Positions 19,022 through 28,065 of a stretch of DNA of 32,000 nt are shown piece by piece (within the stretch, counting starts at the first letter, position 1; every line of letters begins with the position of its first letter). The notes under the pieces were generated by a model. The model saw only the letters and a program-made list of their open reading frames with translations. It did no database searches and had not been told where the DNA came from. Position numbers and translations under genes: made by a program. The stretch is taken from positions 29,647 through 61,646 of the forward strand of contig NZ_JAYKGW010000005.1 of the NCBI RefSeq assembly GCF_035285525.1, in the 5' to 3' direction. This DNA comes from Okeania sp. Its GTDB lineage: Bacteria > Cyanobacteriota > Cyanobacteriia > Cyanobacteriales > Microcoleaceae.

Positions 19022-19068
19022 AGATAATTAATAATTAATAATTAGTAATTAATAATAAATAATTAAGG

Positions 19069-19270
19069 GTTTGTGCATTTAAATGGGATATTTTTTCTGT
19101 GATTAGTTAAGAAGACAAACTTTATAACTTCTGACTTATAACTTTAGCAAAAAGACTTTATTCAGGAAGCCCTAGAAATTTTCAAGTAGTTAAGCCGTTG
19201 TGCATTTGCATTTAAAGGGCATATTTTTTCTGTGATTAGTTAAGAAAACAAACTTTATAACTTCTGACTT
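19069..19270. repeat. Two ~70-bp direct repeats (19069-19137 and 19197-19270) between cbiT and the decarboxylase gene
   Basis: GT(T)TGTGCATTT...ATATTTTTTCTGTGATTAGTTAAGAA.ACAAACTTTATAACTTCTGACTT occurs twice. Confidence 0.8.
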
Positions 19271-19324
19271 CTAATTTCTGATTTGCTAATATGTCTATTA
19301 ATTGATAATTTATTATAGTTAAAA

Positions 19325-20920
19325 CTAAAATTTAGAGACTTTGATAGTTGTCAGATTAGGGTCACTACATCCTGTTATTATCCCACCTAATGTCTGCACT
19401 TTTTCAAGTATTTGAAGATGTTTTTCTCTAATAATTTCTCCAGGTATTAATACTGGAATTCCTGGTGGATAGGGAGCAATTAATTCGGCACTAATATTTC
19501 CTACAGATTTTTCTATGGGCAAACAATCTTTCTGGGCAAAAAAAGCATCTCTAGGAGAGACTGGTATGGAAAAATCTGTCACCTCAAAGTTAAGTTTTGT
19601 TTTCTGTTTATTAGGTAAGTTAATCTGACTTTTATTTCTTAAACTAATTAAACCAGTTACTAATTGATTGATATCTGTTTTTGTATTTCCTAGAGAAATA
19701 ATAAATGTCAGATTTTGGAAGCTGGGTAACTCACAGGTTACACCTAATTCTTGATGCAAAATTTCATCAGCTTCATAGCCACTTAATCCAATATCAGAGA
19801 CTTTAATAGTTAATCTTGTTTGGTCAAGAGCAATAAATTCTTTGTGAAAATAATTATCACTTGAAAAGTTAGAATTTGGAAAGATTTCTCCTGATTTTTC
19901 AATCTTTTCTTTCACCTCATTTTCTAATAAATTAGAATCTCCTGATAAGCAAGTTAAATTTATTTCTTCTTTCTTTTTTTTCCTTCCTTTTAAATCAAAT
20001 ATTGAATAATTCGAGAGTTGACTAATTCTATTTCTAGCATTTTTAGCTAATTCTAGAGTTTGACTCATTAGTTCCTCTCCAAATAATGCCATTTGTTGTC
20101 GAGCAGCATCCAGGGAAGCTAGAAGTAAATAACTTGGACTACTAGATTGTAATATCTGTAATGCTTGTTCAAGTCGGTAAAGATCGATACGATTACTACC
20201 AATATGAAGCATGGATGCTTGAGTCATTGCTCCTAGAGTTTTATGAGTTGACTGTACTGTTAAGTCTGCTCCACCAAATAATGCTGGTATTGGTAATTCT
20301 GGATGAAAGGCAAAGTGAGGTCCATGAGCTTCATCTACTAATAAAGGAATGTTATATTTATGGACTTCTTGGGCGATCGCTACAATATCTCCACAAATAC
20401 CATGATAAGTAGGATACACTATCATTACTGCTTTGGCATCGGGATGTTTGGCTAAAGTTTGGCCTATAGATTGGGGAGTAATGTTAAGAGGTATATCCCA
20501 ATCAGGATTATATTCTGGATGGATAAAAATTGGCATTGCTCCAGATAGAATTAAGCCGGAAATTACAGATTGATGAATATTCCGAGGTAAGATGATTTTT
20601 TGTCCATTTCCACAAGTAGCTAGAATTGAGGCGATAATTCCTGTAGTGGAACCGTTAACTAGAAATCTGGTGTGTAATGCGCCGAAGGTTTCTGCTGCTA
20701 ATTCTTGAGCTTCTTGAATTATACCTTCTGGTGCGAATAGGTTATCTAATTCTGGTAATTCTGGTAAGTCTGCTGAAAAGACTTTTTTACCTAATAATTT
20801 AGTGAGTGATCGGGGAATGGCTTTTCCTTGTTTATGTCCTGGTGCATAGAAAGGAGCGTGAGATTTTTGGGTGAGATTTTTCAGAGTATCAACTATTGGT
20901 GTCTTGTTTTGGTCAGACAT
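19325..20920 (-). CDS. Orn/Lys/Arg decarboxylase family PLP-dependent enzyme
   Basis: 531-aa ORF with ...FYAPGHKQGK..., DLPELPELDNLF, FLVNGSTTG, LLVDEAHGPHF and the PLP-lysine motif QSTHKTLGAMTQASMLH. Substrate cannot be assigned from sequence alone. Confidence 0.85.
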   Translation of the reverse strand: MSDQNKTPIVDTLKNLTQKSHAPFYAPGHKQGKAIPRSLTKLLGKKVFSADLPELPELDNLFAPEGIIQEAQELAAETFGALHTRFLVNGSTTGIIASILATCGNGQKIILPRNIHQSVISGLILSGAMPIFIHPEYNPDWDIPLNITPQSIGQTLAKHPDAKAVMIVYPTYHGICGDIVAIAQEVHKYNIPLLVDEAHGPHFAFHPELPIPALFGGADLTVQSTHKTLGAMTQASMLHIGSNRIDLYRLEQALQILQSSSPSYLLLASLDAARQQMALFGEELMSQTLELAKNARNRISQLSNYSIFDLKGRKKKKEEINLTCLSGDSNLLENEVKEKIEKSGEIFPNSNFSSDNYFHKEFIALDQTRLTIKVSDIGLSGYEADEILHQELGVTCELPSFQNLTFIISLGNTKTDINQLVTGLISLRNKSQINLPNKQKTKLNFEVTDFSIPVSPRDAFFAQKDCLPIEKSVGNISAELIAPYPPGIPVLIPGEIIREKHLQILEKVQTLGGIITGCSDPNLTTIKVSKF

Positions 20921-21144
20921 TTCACTTTTTCTATATTTTGAATAATGAATAATAGATAATTAATAATAGATAGTGGATAACTAATTTAGGAGTATCCCTA
21001 AATTCCCCTTGGAAAGCTATCTATTACTTAGATATTGTTTAAGATAAAGCTTGACAAAATATACAAGTTATGCTTAAGTTTTGGTTTATTTTTTTGCAAG
21101 AAAAAATGAAATTTATAGAAAAGTATATTGTTTTTGATAGCTTA

Positions 21145-21453
21145 AACTGAAAAAAACTATTAATTGTTAAAGTTGTTAATTGAAAAAAGCTGATAACTGA
21201 TAACTGAAAAAACTGTTAACTGAAAAAAGCTGATAACTGACAACTGTTAACTGTTAAAGCTGTTAACTGAAAAAAGCTGTTAACTGAAAAAAGCTGTTAA
21301 CTGAAAAAAACTGTTAATTGCTAAAGTTGTTAACTGAAAAAAGCTGATAACTGACAACTGTTAACTGTTAAAGCTGTTAACTGTTAAAGCTGTTAACTGA
21401 AAAAAGCTGTTAACTGAAAAAAGCTGATAACTGATAACTGATAACTGAAAAAA
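21145..21453. repeat. ~310-bp heptamer-based satellite (CTGTTAA / CTGATAA / CTGAAAA) running up to the kinase start codon
   Basis: Read directly. There is a higher-order ~114-bp repeat: CTGAAAAAAGCTGATAACTGACAACTGTTAACTGTTAAAGCTGTTAACTG at 21220 and at 21334. The last unit ends ...CTGAAAAAA immediately before ATG 21454. Confidence 0.9.
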
Positions 21454-23631
21454 ATGCTTCCCCTCCTCAAAAAAATCGGAGAAATAATTGCTAACTGGTG
21501 GGCAGAGTTTACCCTCCAAACTAAACTCATGGCAGTTATCACCCTAATGGTATCTTTGCTAATGAGTAGCTTCAGTTTCTGGGCAGTAAATACCATTCAA
21601 GAAGATGCTCGCCTCAATGATACCCGTTATGGTCGAGACCTGGGTCTATTATTAGCAGCTAATATCGCTCCACTTCTAGCAGAAGGCAACCGTAACGAAG
21701 TGGCCCGTTTTTCCAAACTTTTCTACAAGAGTACCTCTAGTGTACGTTATATGCTTTACGCCGATGAAGAAGGAAAAATTTTCTTGGGTCTTCCCTTCTC
21801 AGAATCTGAGGTAAAAACGTCCCTTACTCTACGTCGTCGGATTCAACTGCCAGAAGATTTTATGGCCAATATAGAAGCCAAAAATTTTTCTGCTTTACCT
21901 TTGATTCGACAACATTTGACTCCTAATGCTCAATTAACTGATGTTTTTGTTCCTTTAATTAATGATGGTAAATATTTAGGAGTTTTGGCAGTTGGAATTA
22001 ATCCTAATCCTACGGTTGTTGTTTCTTCAAATCTGACTAGAGATGTAACTTTAGCAGTATTTGTTTCTATCTGGGCAATGGTAATTTTAGGGGCAGTATT
22101 TAATGCTTTGATTATTACTAAACCAATTAAGGAATTATCGGAAGGTGTGAAAAATATTGCTCAGGGAAATTTTAAACAAAGGATAGATTTACCCTTTGGA
22201 GGAGAATTAGGGGAACTGATTTTTAGCTTTAATGAAATGGGGGAACAATTAGAAAGTTATAAGAAGCAAAATATTGAACAATTAACAGCCGAAAAAGCTA
22301 AATTGGAAACTTTAGTTTCGACTATTGCTGATGGTGCTTTATTATTAGATGCTAATTTACAATTAATTTTAGTTAATCCAACTGCTCGACGCATTTTTAG
22401 TTGGGAAGAAAAAAATGTTATTGGTGGAAAAATAACGGATATTTTGCCTGTAACTGCACAAATAGAATTAAATAGACCACTTGAGCAAATAGCTACAGGA
22501 AAAATAGAAGGAGGTGAGTATCGTTGTACTTTAGATGAACCGAATAAACGTACTATTAGAATTTTATTAACAACTGTTATTTTACATAAAGCATCAGGTA
22601 AAGAATCTCTTTGTGAAAATTGTATTTATGATGGTTATAATGGTTGTAATTCTGACGATTTTCCTGTGGTTAATGAATGTACACTTTATGAAAATAAATT
22701 AGGAAAAGATCATTTTTCTCCATACCGAAACAGTCTGAAAGGAATTGCGATGACTGTGCAAGATATTACTAGGGAAGTAGAATTAAATGAAGCTAAAAGT
22801 CAGTTTATTAGTAATGTCTCCCATGAGTTAAGAACTCCTCTATTTAATATTAAGTCTTTTATTGAAACTTTGTATGAATATGGGGAAGATTTAAGTGAAG
22901 TGGAAAGACGAGAATTTCTGGAAACTGCTAATCACGAAACAGATCGTTTGACTCGTTTGGTTAATGATGTATTAGATTTAAGTCGTTTAGAATCTTGTTT
23001 GATTTATCATCTCAATGCTGTTGATATTTCTCAACCAATAGAACAAACTTTAAGAACTTATCAACTTAATGCTAAAGATAAAGGAATAGAGTTAAATTAT
23101 GATATAGAACCTAATTTACCTTTTGTGGTTGGTCATTATGATTTATTGTTACAAGTATTTGCTAATTTAGTAGGCAATGCTATGAAGTTTACGGAACCAG
23201 GAGGTCGAATAGTTATTAGGGCTTATTTGTTAGAATCTGAGTTAGAAAATACTAATATTGAAGCTCAACAAATTGAAGAAGGAGGATGGATAGTTTCTCC
23301 TCCTCCACCTCGACCAATAGAACTACATTTACAACCTAAAAATAATTCTCATCGGTTTGTTAGAATTGAAATTTCTGACACGGGAAGTGGTATCGATCCT
23401 GAAGACCAAGAAGCTATTTTTGAGAGGTTTTTCCGAGTAGAAAATCGGGTTCATACTTTGGAAGGAACGGGTTTAGGTTTGTCTATTGTTAGGAATATTA
23501 TTGATAAGCATCATAGTAAGGTTAATTTAGTAAGTGAAGTTGGTGTTGGTACAACTTTCTGGTTTGATTTGGCAGTATTTGAAGAAAAGTCAGTATCAGA
23601 AGAAAATAAGTTATTAGAAGCCCTGAAATAA
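21454..23631 (+). CDS. nblS: Membrane sensor histidine kinase (TM-periplasmic loop-TM-HAMP-PAS-HisKA-HATPase), NblS/Hik33/DspA-like
   Basis: 725-aa ORF. The N-terminus WWAEFTLQTKLMAVITLMVSLLMSSFSFWAVNTIQEDARL and the block MTVQDITREVELNEAKSQFISNVSHELRTPLFNIKSFIETL match my memory of the conserved cyanobacterial Hik33/NblS kinase. The H-box is SHELRTPL, the N-box is NLVGNAMKFT, and the G-boxes are DTGSGI and GTGLGLSIV. The symbol is less certain than the kinase call. Confidence 0.85.
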   Translation: MLPLLKKIGEIIANWWAEFTLQTKLMAVITLMVSLLMSSFSFWAVNTIQEDARLNDTRYGRDLGLLLAANIAPLLAEGNRNEVARFSKLFYKSTSSVRYMLYADEEGKIFLGLPFSESEVKTSLTLRRRIQLPEDFMANIEAKNFSALPLIRQHLTPNAQLTDVFVPLINDGKYLGVLAVGINPNPTVVVSSNLTRDVTLAVFVSIWAMVILGAVFNALIITKPIKELSEGVKNIAQGNFKQRIDLPFGGELGELIFSFNEMGEQLESYKKQNIEQLTAEKAKLETLVSTIADGALLLDANLQLILVNPTARRIFSWEEKNVIGGKITDILPVTAQIELNRPLEQIATGKIEGGEYRCTLDEPNKRTIRILLTTVILHKASGKESLCENCIYDGYNGCNSDDFPVVNECTLYENKLGKDHFSPYRNSLKGIAMTVQDITREVELNEAKSQFISNVSHELRTPLFNIKSFIETLYEYGEDLSEVERREFLETANHETDRLTRLVNDVLDLSRLESCLIYHLNAVDISQPIEQTLRTYQLNAKDKGIELNYDIEPNLPFVVGHYDLLLQVFANLVGNAMKFTEPGGRIVIRAYLLESELENTNIEAQQIEEGGWIVSPPPPRPIELHLQPKNNSHRFVRIEISDTGSGIDPEDQEAIFERFFRVENRVHTLEGTGLGLSIVRNIIDKHHSKVNLVSEVGVGTTFWFDLAVFEEKSVSEENKLLEALK

Positions 23632-23674
23632 ATTTCACAGCTCAGAGCTTCAAGTCCCTTGGAGTTCAGCTTTG

Positions 23675-23698
23675 ATCCAGGGATTAAAATCCCTGGAT
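23675..23698 (+). terminator. Perfect 9-bp stem hairpin 44 nt after the kinase stop codon
   Basis: ATCCAGGGA-TTAAAA-TCCCTGGAT followed by TCTTCATTTATC, a T-rich but not clean U-run. Confidence 0.45.
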
Positions 23699-23703
23699 TC
23701 TTC

Positions 23704-23880
23704 ATTTATCAGCTTAGGATTTAGAGTAAATAACTGAATAACATTTTTGATTTTAGTTGATAAATTATCTGGATTTATTTATCAGTTATCAGCTTAATAT
23801 TTAGAGTAAATAACTGAATAACATTTTTGATTTTAGTTGATAAAGTATCTGGATTTATTTATTAGTTATTAGCTCAGGAG
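23704..23880. repeat. Tandem ~80-bp repeats, with a third partial copy at 24011-24058
   Basis: ...TTAGAGTAAATAACTGAATAACATTTTTGATTTTAGTTGATAAA.TATCTGGATTTATTTAT.AGTTAT.AGC... occurs twice in tandem. AGAGTAAATAGCTTAATAACATTTTTGATTTTAGGCGATAAATTATCT appears again at 24011. Confidence 0.8.
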
Positions 23881-24224
23881 TTAAGTATATAGGTGCGAAT
23901 AAACACCACTATATAAGGAAATATTAAAGTAATTAAAACCTTTAAGATTGCTTCCTTCCACTCCGCTCCAGTAGCAATAACGTAGTTGTATTTTTTTTAC
24001 CTACATACTAAGAGTAAATAGCTTAATAACATTTTTGATTTTAGGCGATAAATTATCTTTGTTGTCAAAGAGAAATATTTTTACTCGTAATATAGCAATC
24101 CTATATTTTTTGCTTCAAAATTTACTAATCCCTACTCCCTACTCCCTATTTCCTATTTCCTATTTCCTATTTCCTAGATAAAGAGTATAATTACTATAAT
24201 CAAGATTAAAACAGGTAAAAAAAT

Positions 24225-24551
24225 ATGAATAATACAGAAAATTTACTTCAACAACTTTTAATGATAGGCATTGGTACAACTTCCCTAGTAGCAGAAAAAA
24301 TACAGGAAGTAACTAATCAATGGGTTAAAGATGGTACTATCAATTCAGAACAAGCTAAGACTTTTGTTGATGATATTATGGAACAACTTAAGTCAGAACA
24401 GGGAAACTGGGAAGCTCAAATGCAGCGACAAATGCGAAATGTTATGCAGGATATAGGAGTGCCTCGTCAATCAGAATTAGACGAACTACGAGGCCGTTTA
24501 GACCGTTTGGAGCGTCAAATACGAGATTTGGAAAATCGTAACTGGCGTTAG
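24225..24551 (+). CDS. Small coiled-coil protein, phasin-family-like
   Basis: 108-aa ORF. The N-terminus ...LLMIGIGTTSLVAEKIQE... and the C-terminus ...PRQSELDELRGRLDRLERQIRDLE resemble small proteins annotated as phasin family (PHA granule-associated) in cyanobacteria. This is recognised from memory only. Confidence 0.5.
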   Translation: MNNTENLLQQLLMIGIGTTSLVAEKIQEVTNQWVKDGTINSEQAKTFVDDIMEQLKSEQGNWEAQMQRQMRNVMQDIGVPRQSELDELRGRLDRLERQIRDLENRNWR

Positions 24552-24766
24552 ATTAATTCAAAATTCAAAATTTAAAAGTTAGATTTTCAGCAGAGAACTA
24601 AAATTGAGAGGTGTGAAATGTGGAATTTACTATGCCTATATTTGGCTATACTTTTACTAAACTGTAGCTCTAGAATATACTAGCTATAATCTTAAGTATT
24701 CAGTGATCGGCTGATAACTTTTGAATTTTCACTTTTAAATTTTGACTTAAATTAGGAGGATTAATT

Positions 24767-25300
24767 TTGCGAGCAATTATTATTAGTTTGGTAGTAGTAA
24801 TAATCTGTGGTTTAATTTTGCTTATTGCTCAAATTACAGGTTCTGAAAAAGGTGTAGTTGCTACTCAAAATACATCAGGAACTCAAGAGCAAATAGCAGA
24901 AAATACTAAACTAAATTCAACAACAACAACGGAAAATATTATGGCTCAAAATAACGAAGAAGTTACTACTGAATCTGGTCTTAAATATGTAGTTTTGCAA
25001 GAAGGAGATGGCGCTACTCCTCAAAAAGGTAACACAGTTGTGGTTCACTATACTGGTACTTTAGAAAATGGTACTAAGTTTGATAGTTCTCGCGATCGCA
25101 ATCAACCTTTCTCTTTTAAAGTTGGTGTCGGCCAAGTTATTAAAGGTTGGGATGAAGGTGTAGGTAGTATGAAGGTTGGTGAGCGTCGTAAGTTGACTAT
25201 TCCACCAGAATTAGGATATGGTGCTAGCGGTGCGGGTGGGGTAATACCTCCTAATGCTACTCTGATTTTTGATGTGGAATTATTGAGAATTGCAAATTAA
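24767..25300 (+). CDS. FKBP-type peptidyl-prolyl cis-trans isomerase with N-terminal membrane/signal anchor
   Basis: Canonical FKBP domain [82 protein letters not shown]...[14 protein letters not shown]. The TTG start at 24767 lies 7 nt after a strong AGGAGG box. Confidence 0.92.
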   Translation: MRAIIISLVVVIICGLILLIAQITGSEKGVVATQNTSGTQEQIAENTKLNSTTTTENIMAQNNEEVTTESGLKYVVLQEGDGATPQKGNTVVVHYTGTLENGTKFDSSRDRNQPFSFKVGVGQVIKGWDEGVGSMKVGERRKLTIPPELGYGASGAGGVIPPNATLIFDVELLRIAN

Positions 25301-25309
25301 TTAAGTATT

Positions 25310-25349
25310 CAGCTATCAGCTATCAGCTATCAGCTATTAGCTATTAGCT
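25310..25349. repeat. Heptamer satellite (CAGCTAT / TAGCTAT)n
   Basis: CAGCTATCAGCTATCAGCTATCAGCTATTAGCTATTAGCTC immediately after the FKBP stop codon. Confidence 0.9.
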
Positions 25350-25407
25350 CTGAGGAATTATAATTATTAATTAGGGAATAGAGACTTGTTTTCTATTCCC
25401 TTTTATA

Positions 25408-25732
25408 GTAAGCATTCAGCTATCAGCAATAAAACCTCAATTTTTAGGAGGAGGTTTATAATGAATATAGACTGGAAAGTTGGCTTTTTTATTAAGTAAG
25501 ATTTAATTTTTAATAACTAAGTTTAACAACTAAAAGTAACAGCTATCAGTTATTTTTTAGTGTAAGCATTCAGCTATTAGCAAGAAAAACCTCAATCCTA
25601 AAGGAGGAAATTTAAACGAATATAGGCTTAAAAGCTAAATTTTGTAGTCAGAAAAATTTCTGATTTTTCGGGAATGTTATCATAAAGCTTTTATCTCAAA
25701 CTAAAAGCAATAGCTGACTGCTGAATGTTTAC
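25408..25732. mobile_element. Two abutting MITE copies of the GTAAGCATTCAGC family (25408-~25551 truncated; 25562-25732 complete)
   Basis: Both start GTAAGCATTCAGCTAT.AGCAA.AAAACCTCAAT..TAAAGGAGGA..TTTA.A..GAATATAG.CT. The second ends AAGCTTTTATCTCAAACTAAAAGCAATAGCTGACTGCTGAATGTTTAC. An inverted solo end lies at 25820-25870. Confidence 0.6.
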
Positions 25733-25984
25733 TTTTTAGTTTTATATCAAAGCTTTATTAATTAAATCAAAATTAATCTTGACGAAAAAAGTAGACTTCA
25801 AATATATTAACTTAAACTTCCTCCTTTAGGTTTGAATAAAATTGCTCAAAGCTAATAGCTGAATGTTTACAGCATTCCTAAATTGGTTTTAACAATTTTT
25901 ATAACAGTTAATCTGAGGTGAAAATTTTTAAAATTCTAACTCCTGATTTCCCACAAAATATTACAACTTAGATAGGATTATTAT

Positions 25985-26542
25985 ATGTCAAATCTCACAG
26001 TTAAAGATTTAGAAATACTGCAAGATAATCTTAATAAATTAGATTTAGATTATCAATTAGAATTAGATGAAGGAAAGATATTAGTTATGAGTCCGTCGGA
26101 TATTATTTCTAGTGAAGTTGGCGTTCAATTAATTAGATTATTAGGTAATTGGGTTTACCCGCGTCGTCTCGGACGTGTGTTTGATTCTAGTGGTGCTTTT
26201 ATTCTTCCAGATACTAATTTAAAGGTTCCTGATGTTTCTTTTGTTCGTGCCCAACGTTTGAAAAAAAGTGTTCGTTATTTTGGGGAGTTGGTGCCAGATT
26301 TAGTAGTAGAAATTAAGTCTCAAAGTGATAGAATTAAACCTTTAAAACAGAAAATAAAGAAGTATTTAGAGTTAGGAGTAGAAGTAGGAATATTGATCGA
26401 TCCTGACAAAGAAATAGTTATTATTTATCGTCCTAATAGTGAAGAAATAGAGTTAAAAAATGGAGATATTTTGACTATTCCTGAATTATTTGGTGAGTGG
26501 GAATTATCTATTGTTGAACTTTGGCCTCCTGTGTTTGAATAA
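25985..26542 (+). CDS. Uma2-family (DUF820) restriction-endonuclease-fold protein
   Basis: 185-aa ORF with the family pattern: ...ELDEGKILVMSP...; VPDVSFV; and the PD-(D/E)xK-like block LVPDLVVEIKSQSD followed by KKYLELGVEVGILIDP. Confidence 0.8.
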   Translation: MSNLTVKDLEILQDNLNKLDLDYQLELDEGKILVMSPSDIISSEVGVQLIRLLGNWVYPRRLGRVFDSSGAFILPDTNLKVPDVSFVRAQRLKKSVRYFGELVPDLVVEIKSQSDRIKPLKQKIKKYLELGVEVGILIDPDKEIVIIYRPNSEEIELKNGDILTIPELFGEWELSIVELWPPVFE

Positions 26543-27453
26543 AGCTTTTAGCTATTAGCAATCAGCTATCAGCTTTTTGATGAGTTAATTCAAAATTTGT
26601 TTAAGAAAATTCATATAATAATCCTCAACGATTTGTGATAAAAACTGTATGGGTTTGTTCTCTATGATTGGGTTTGGAGAGTAAACCCCTACGATAAAAT
26701 ATTACAAGCTATTTTAAGATTACTATATTAATTGAAAAGCTATTTATTTATCTTAAAAAATTATCTGAAATATATCAATAATAATTTCTGACTTCAAGAT
26801 AATATTATCAGCATTTCCTGGGGAATGCTGGGCAAACAGCTATTATACCAATTACCAAAAATAATGCTATACTTCAGCAATACTTCAACAGTTAATAGTT
26901 ACTAAGATTAAAAGTTTTTTTTGAGAATTATTAGTCGGTTAGTAATTATTTTTCCGGCTTTTTCTCTCCCCACATCTCCCACACTTCTCCATCCAATCAT
27001 ATATAGCATTCATGCATGAGAAATGGTATTAGCCATCAGCTATTCCTGCGGAATGCTATGGAAACAGCGATAAAATCTTTTGATCAAAGATGGGGTTTAA
27101 ATGAATATAGACTTTAGAGTTGATTTTTGTAGTAAGATTTTTCGTTTCTCAGTCAATAAAGCTTTTATCACTTACTAAACTTACTAAAAGCAATAGTTGA
27201 TAGTTAACAGGTTTTTACCGAAGAATTAATAATTAAATAATTAGGTATTTTGCTACAAATTTTCTATAATCATAATTGTTAAATTTATTATCAACATAAT
27301 TAGCTATAAAATCATGCTTTTTAATTAGTTAAATTCTGACAAAGTAACTGCATTGACAGTTATCAGTTAAATATTTTTTCTAGCTTTAGCAGAACAAAAA
27401 AGTAAAAATTAAACTTCTGATTTATGATTTCTAAGTTCTGATTTTAATTTAAT

Positions 27454-28056
27454 ATGTCTAAATCTAATTTCTCTTACATTCAACTTTTTAGACACAAATT
27501 TAACCGACTGGTTTCGATTAGTTTGTTTTTACTAACTTTAACTATTATATTGTCTTGGAGTTGGATATTACCTAGTTACACTCAGACACCTACACCTAAT
27601 GTTCAAAGTCGGGAAAGTTTAATTCAAGAAATTAAAGATTATGCTGAACGTCATGTTGAAAATGATAAGGCAATGGATAGTAGGTTAATGATTGATTTAT
27701 ATGAGAAAAATTCTGTGGGTTTAAGTACTCCAGAAATTACTAAAATTTATGAGGAAGAATACACAAAACTCAAAGAGGCAAAAGATAGTAATCTCTGGGA
27801 AAGAATAAAGGATGATTTATTTTATGGGTTGTCTTGGTTTGCTGCAATAGTATTTTTGATACTGTTTATTTTTAAAGAAGCTATACAAGGTTGGGCAACT
27901 AATTTAACTAATACTTTTGGGGACTGGTTATACAATCAAATTTCTGGTCTGGAATTATTTTGGAATTACTCTCTAAGACGCTATAAAAAAGGTCTCATTA
28001 ATAAACACGAAAAACTCAAAATTCCTTTTCGTCCAAATCGTCCTTTAAGTCTATAA
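27454..28056 (+). CDS. Fragment 1: N-terminal bitopic membrane domain (2 TM helices flanking an ~80-aa loop)
   Basis: TM1 is LVSISLFLLTLTIILSWSWIL and TM2 is LSWFAAIVFLILFIF. The basic juxtamembrane tail is ...LRRYKKGLINKHEKLKIPFRPNRPLSL. Confidence 0.6.
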   Translation: MSKSNFSYIQLFRHKFNRLVSISLFLLTLTIILSWSWILPSYTQTPTPNVQSRESLIQEIKDYAERHVENDKAMDSRLMIDLYEKNSVGLSTPEITKIYEEEYTKLKEAKDSNLWERIKDDLFYGLSWFAAIVFLILFIFKEAIQGWATNLTNTFGDWLYNQISGLELFWNYSLRRYKKGLINKHEKLKIPFRPNRPLSL

Positions 28057-28065
28057 GAAGTTTAT

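Noticed and set aside
20161-20412. 83-aa + strand ORF inside the decarboxylase gene
   Set aside because: Antisense to a strongly supported CDS.
5601-20920. Functional linkage of speE (5601-6527) with the Orn/Lys/Arg decarboxylase (19325-20920) as a polyamine gene cluster
   Set aside because: The genes are 13 kb apart with nine unrelated genes between them. The decarboxylase substrate cannot be inferred from sequence by eye, so no cluster claim is justified.
21393-21596. 67-aa - strand ORF overlapping the kinase start and the heptamer satellite
   Set aside because: Antisense to the conserved kinase N-terminus, and it extends into the satellite repeat.
23511-23705. 64-aa - strand ORF at the kinase 3' end
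   Set aside because: Antisense overlap with the kinase, and it spans the terminator hairpin. No motif.
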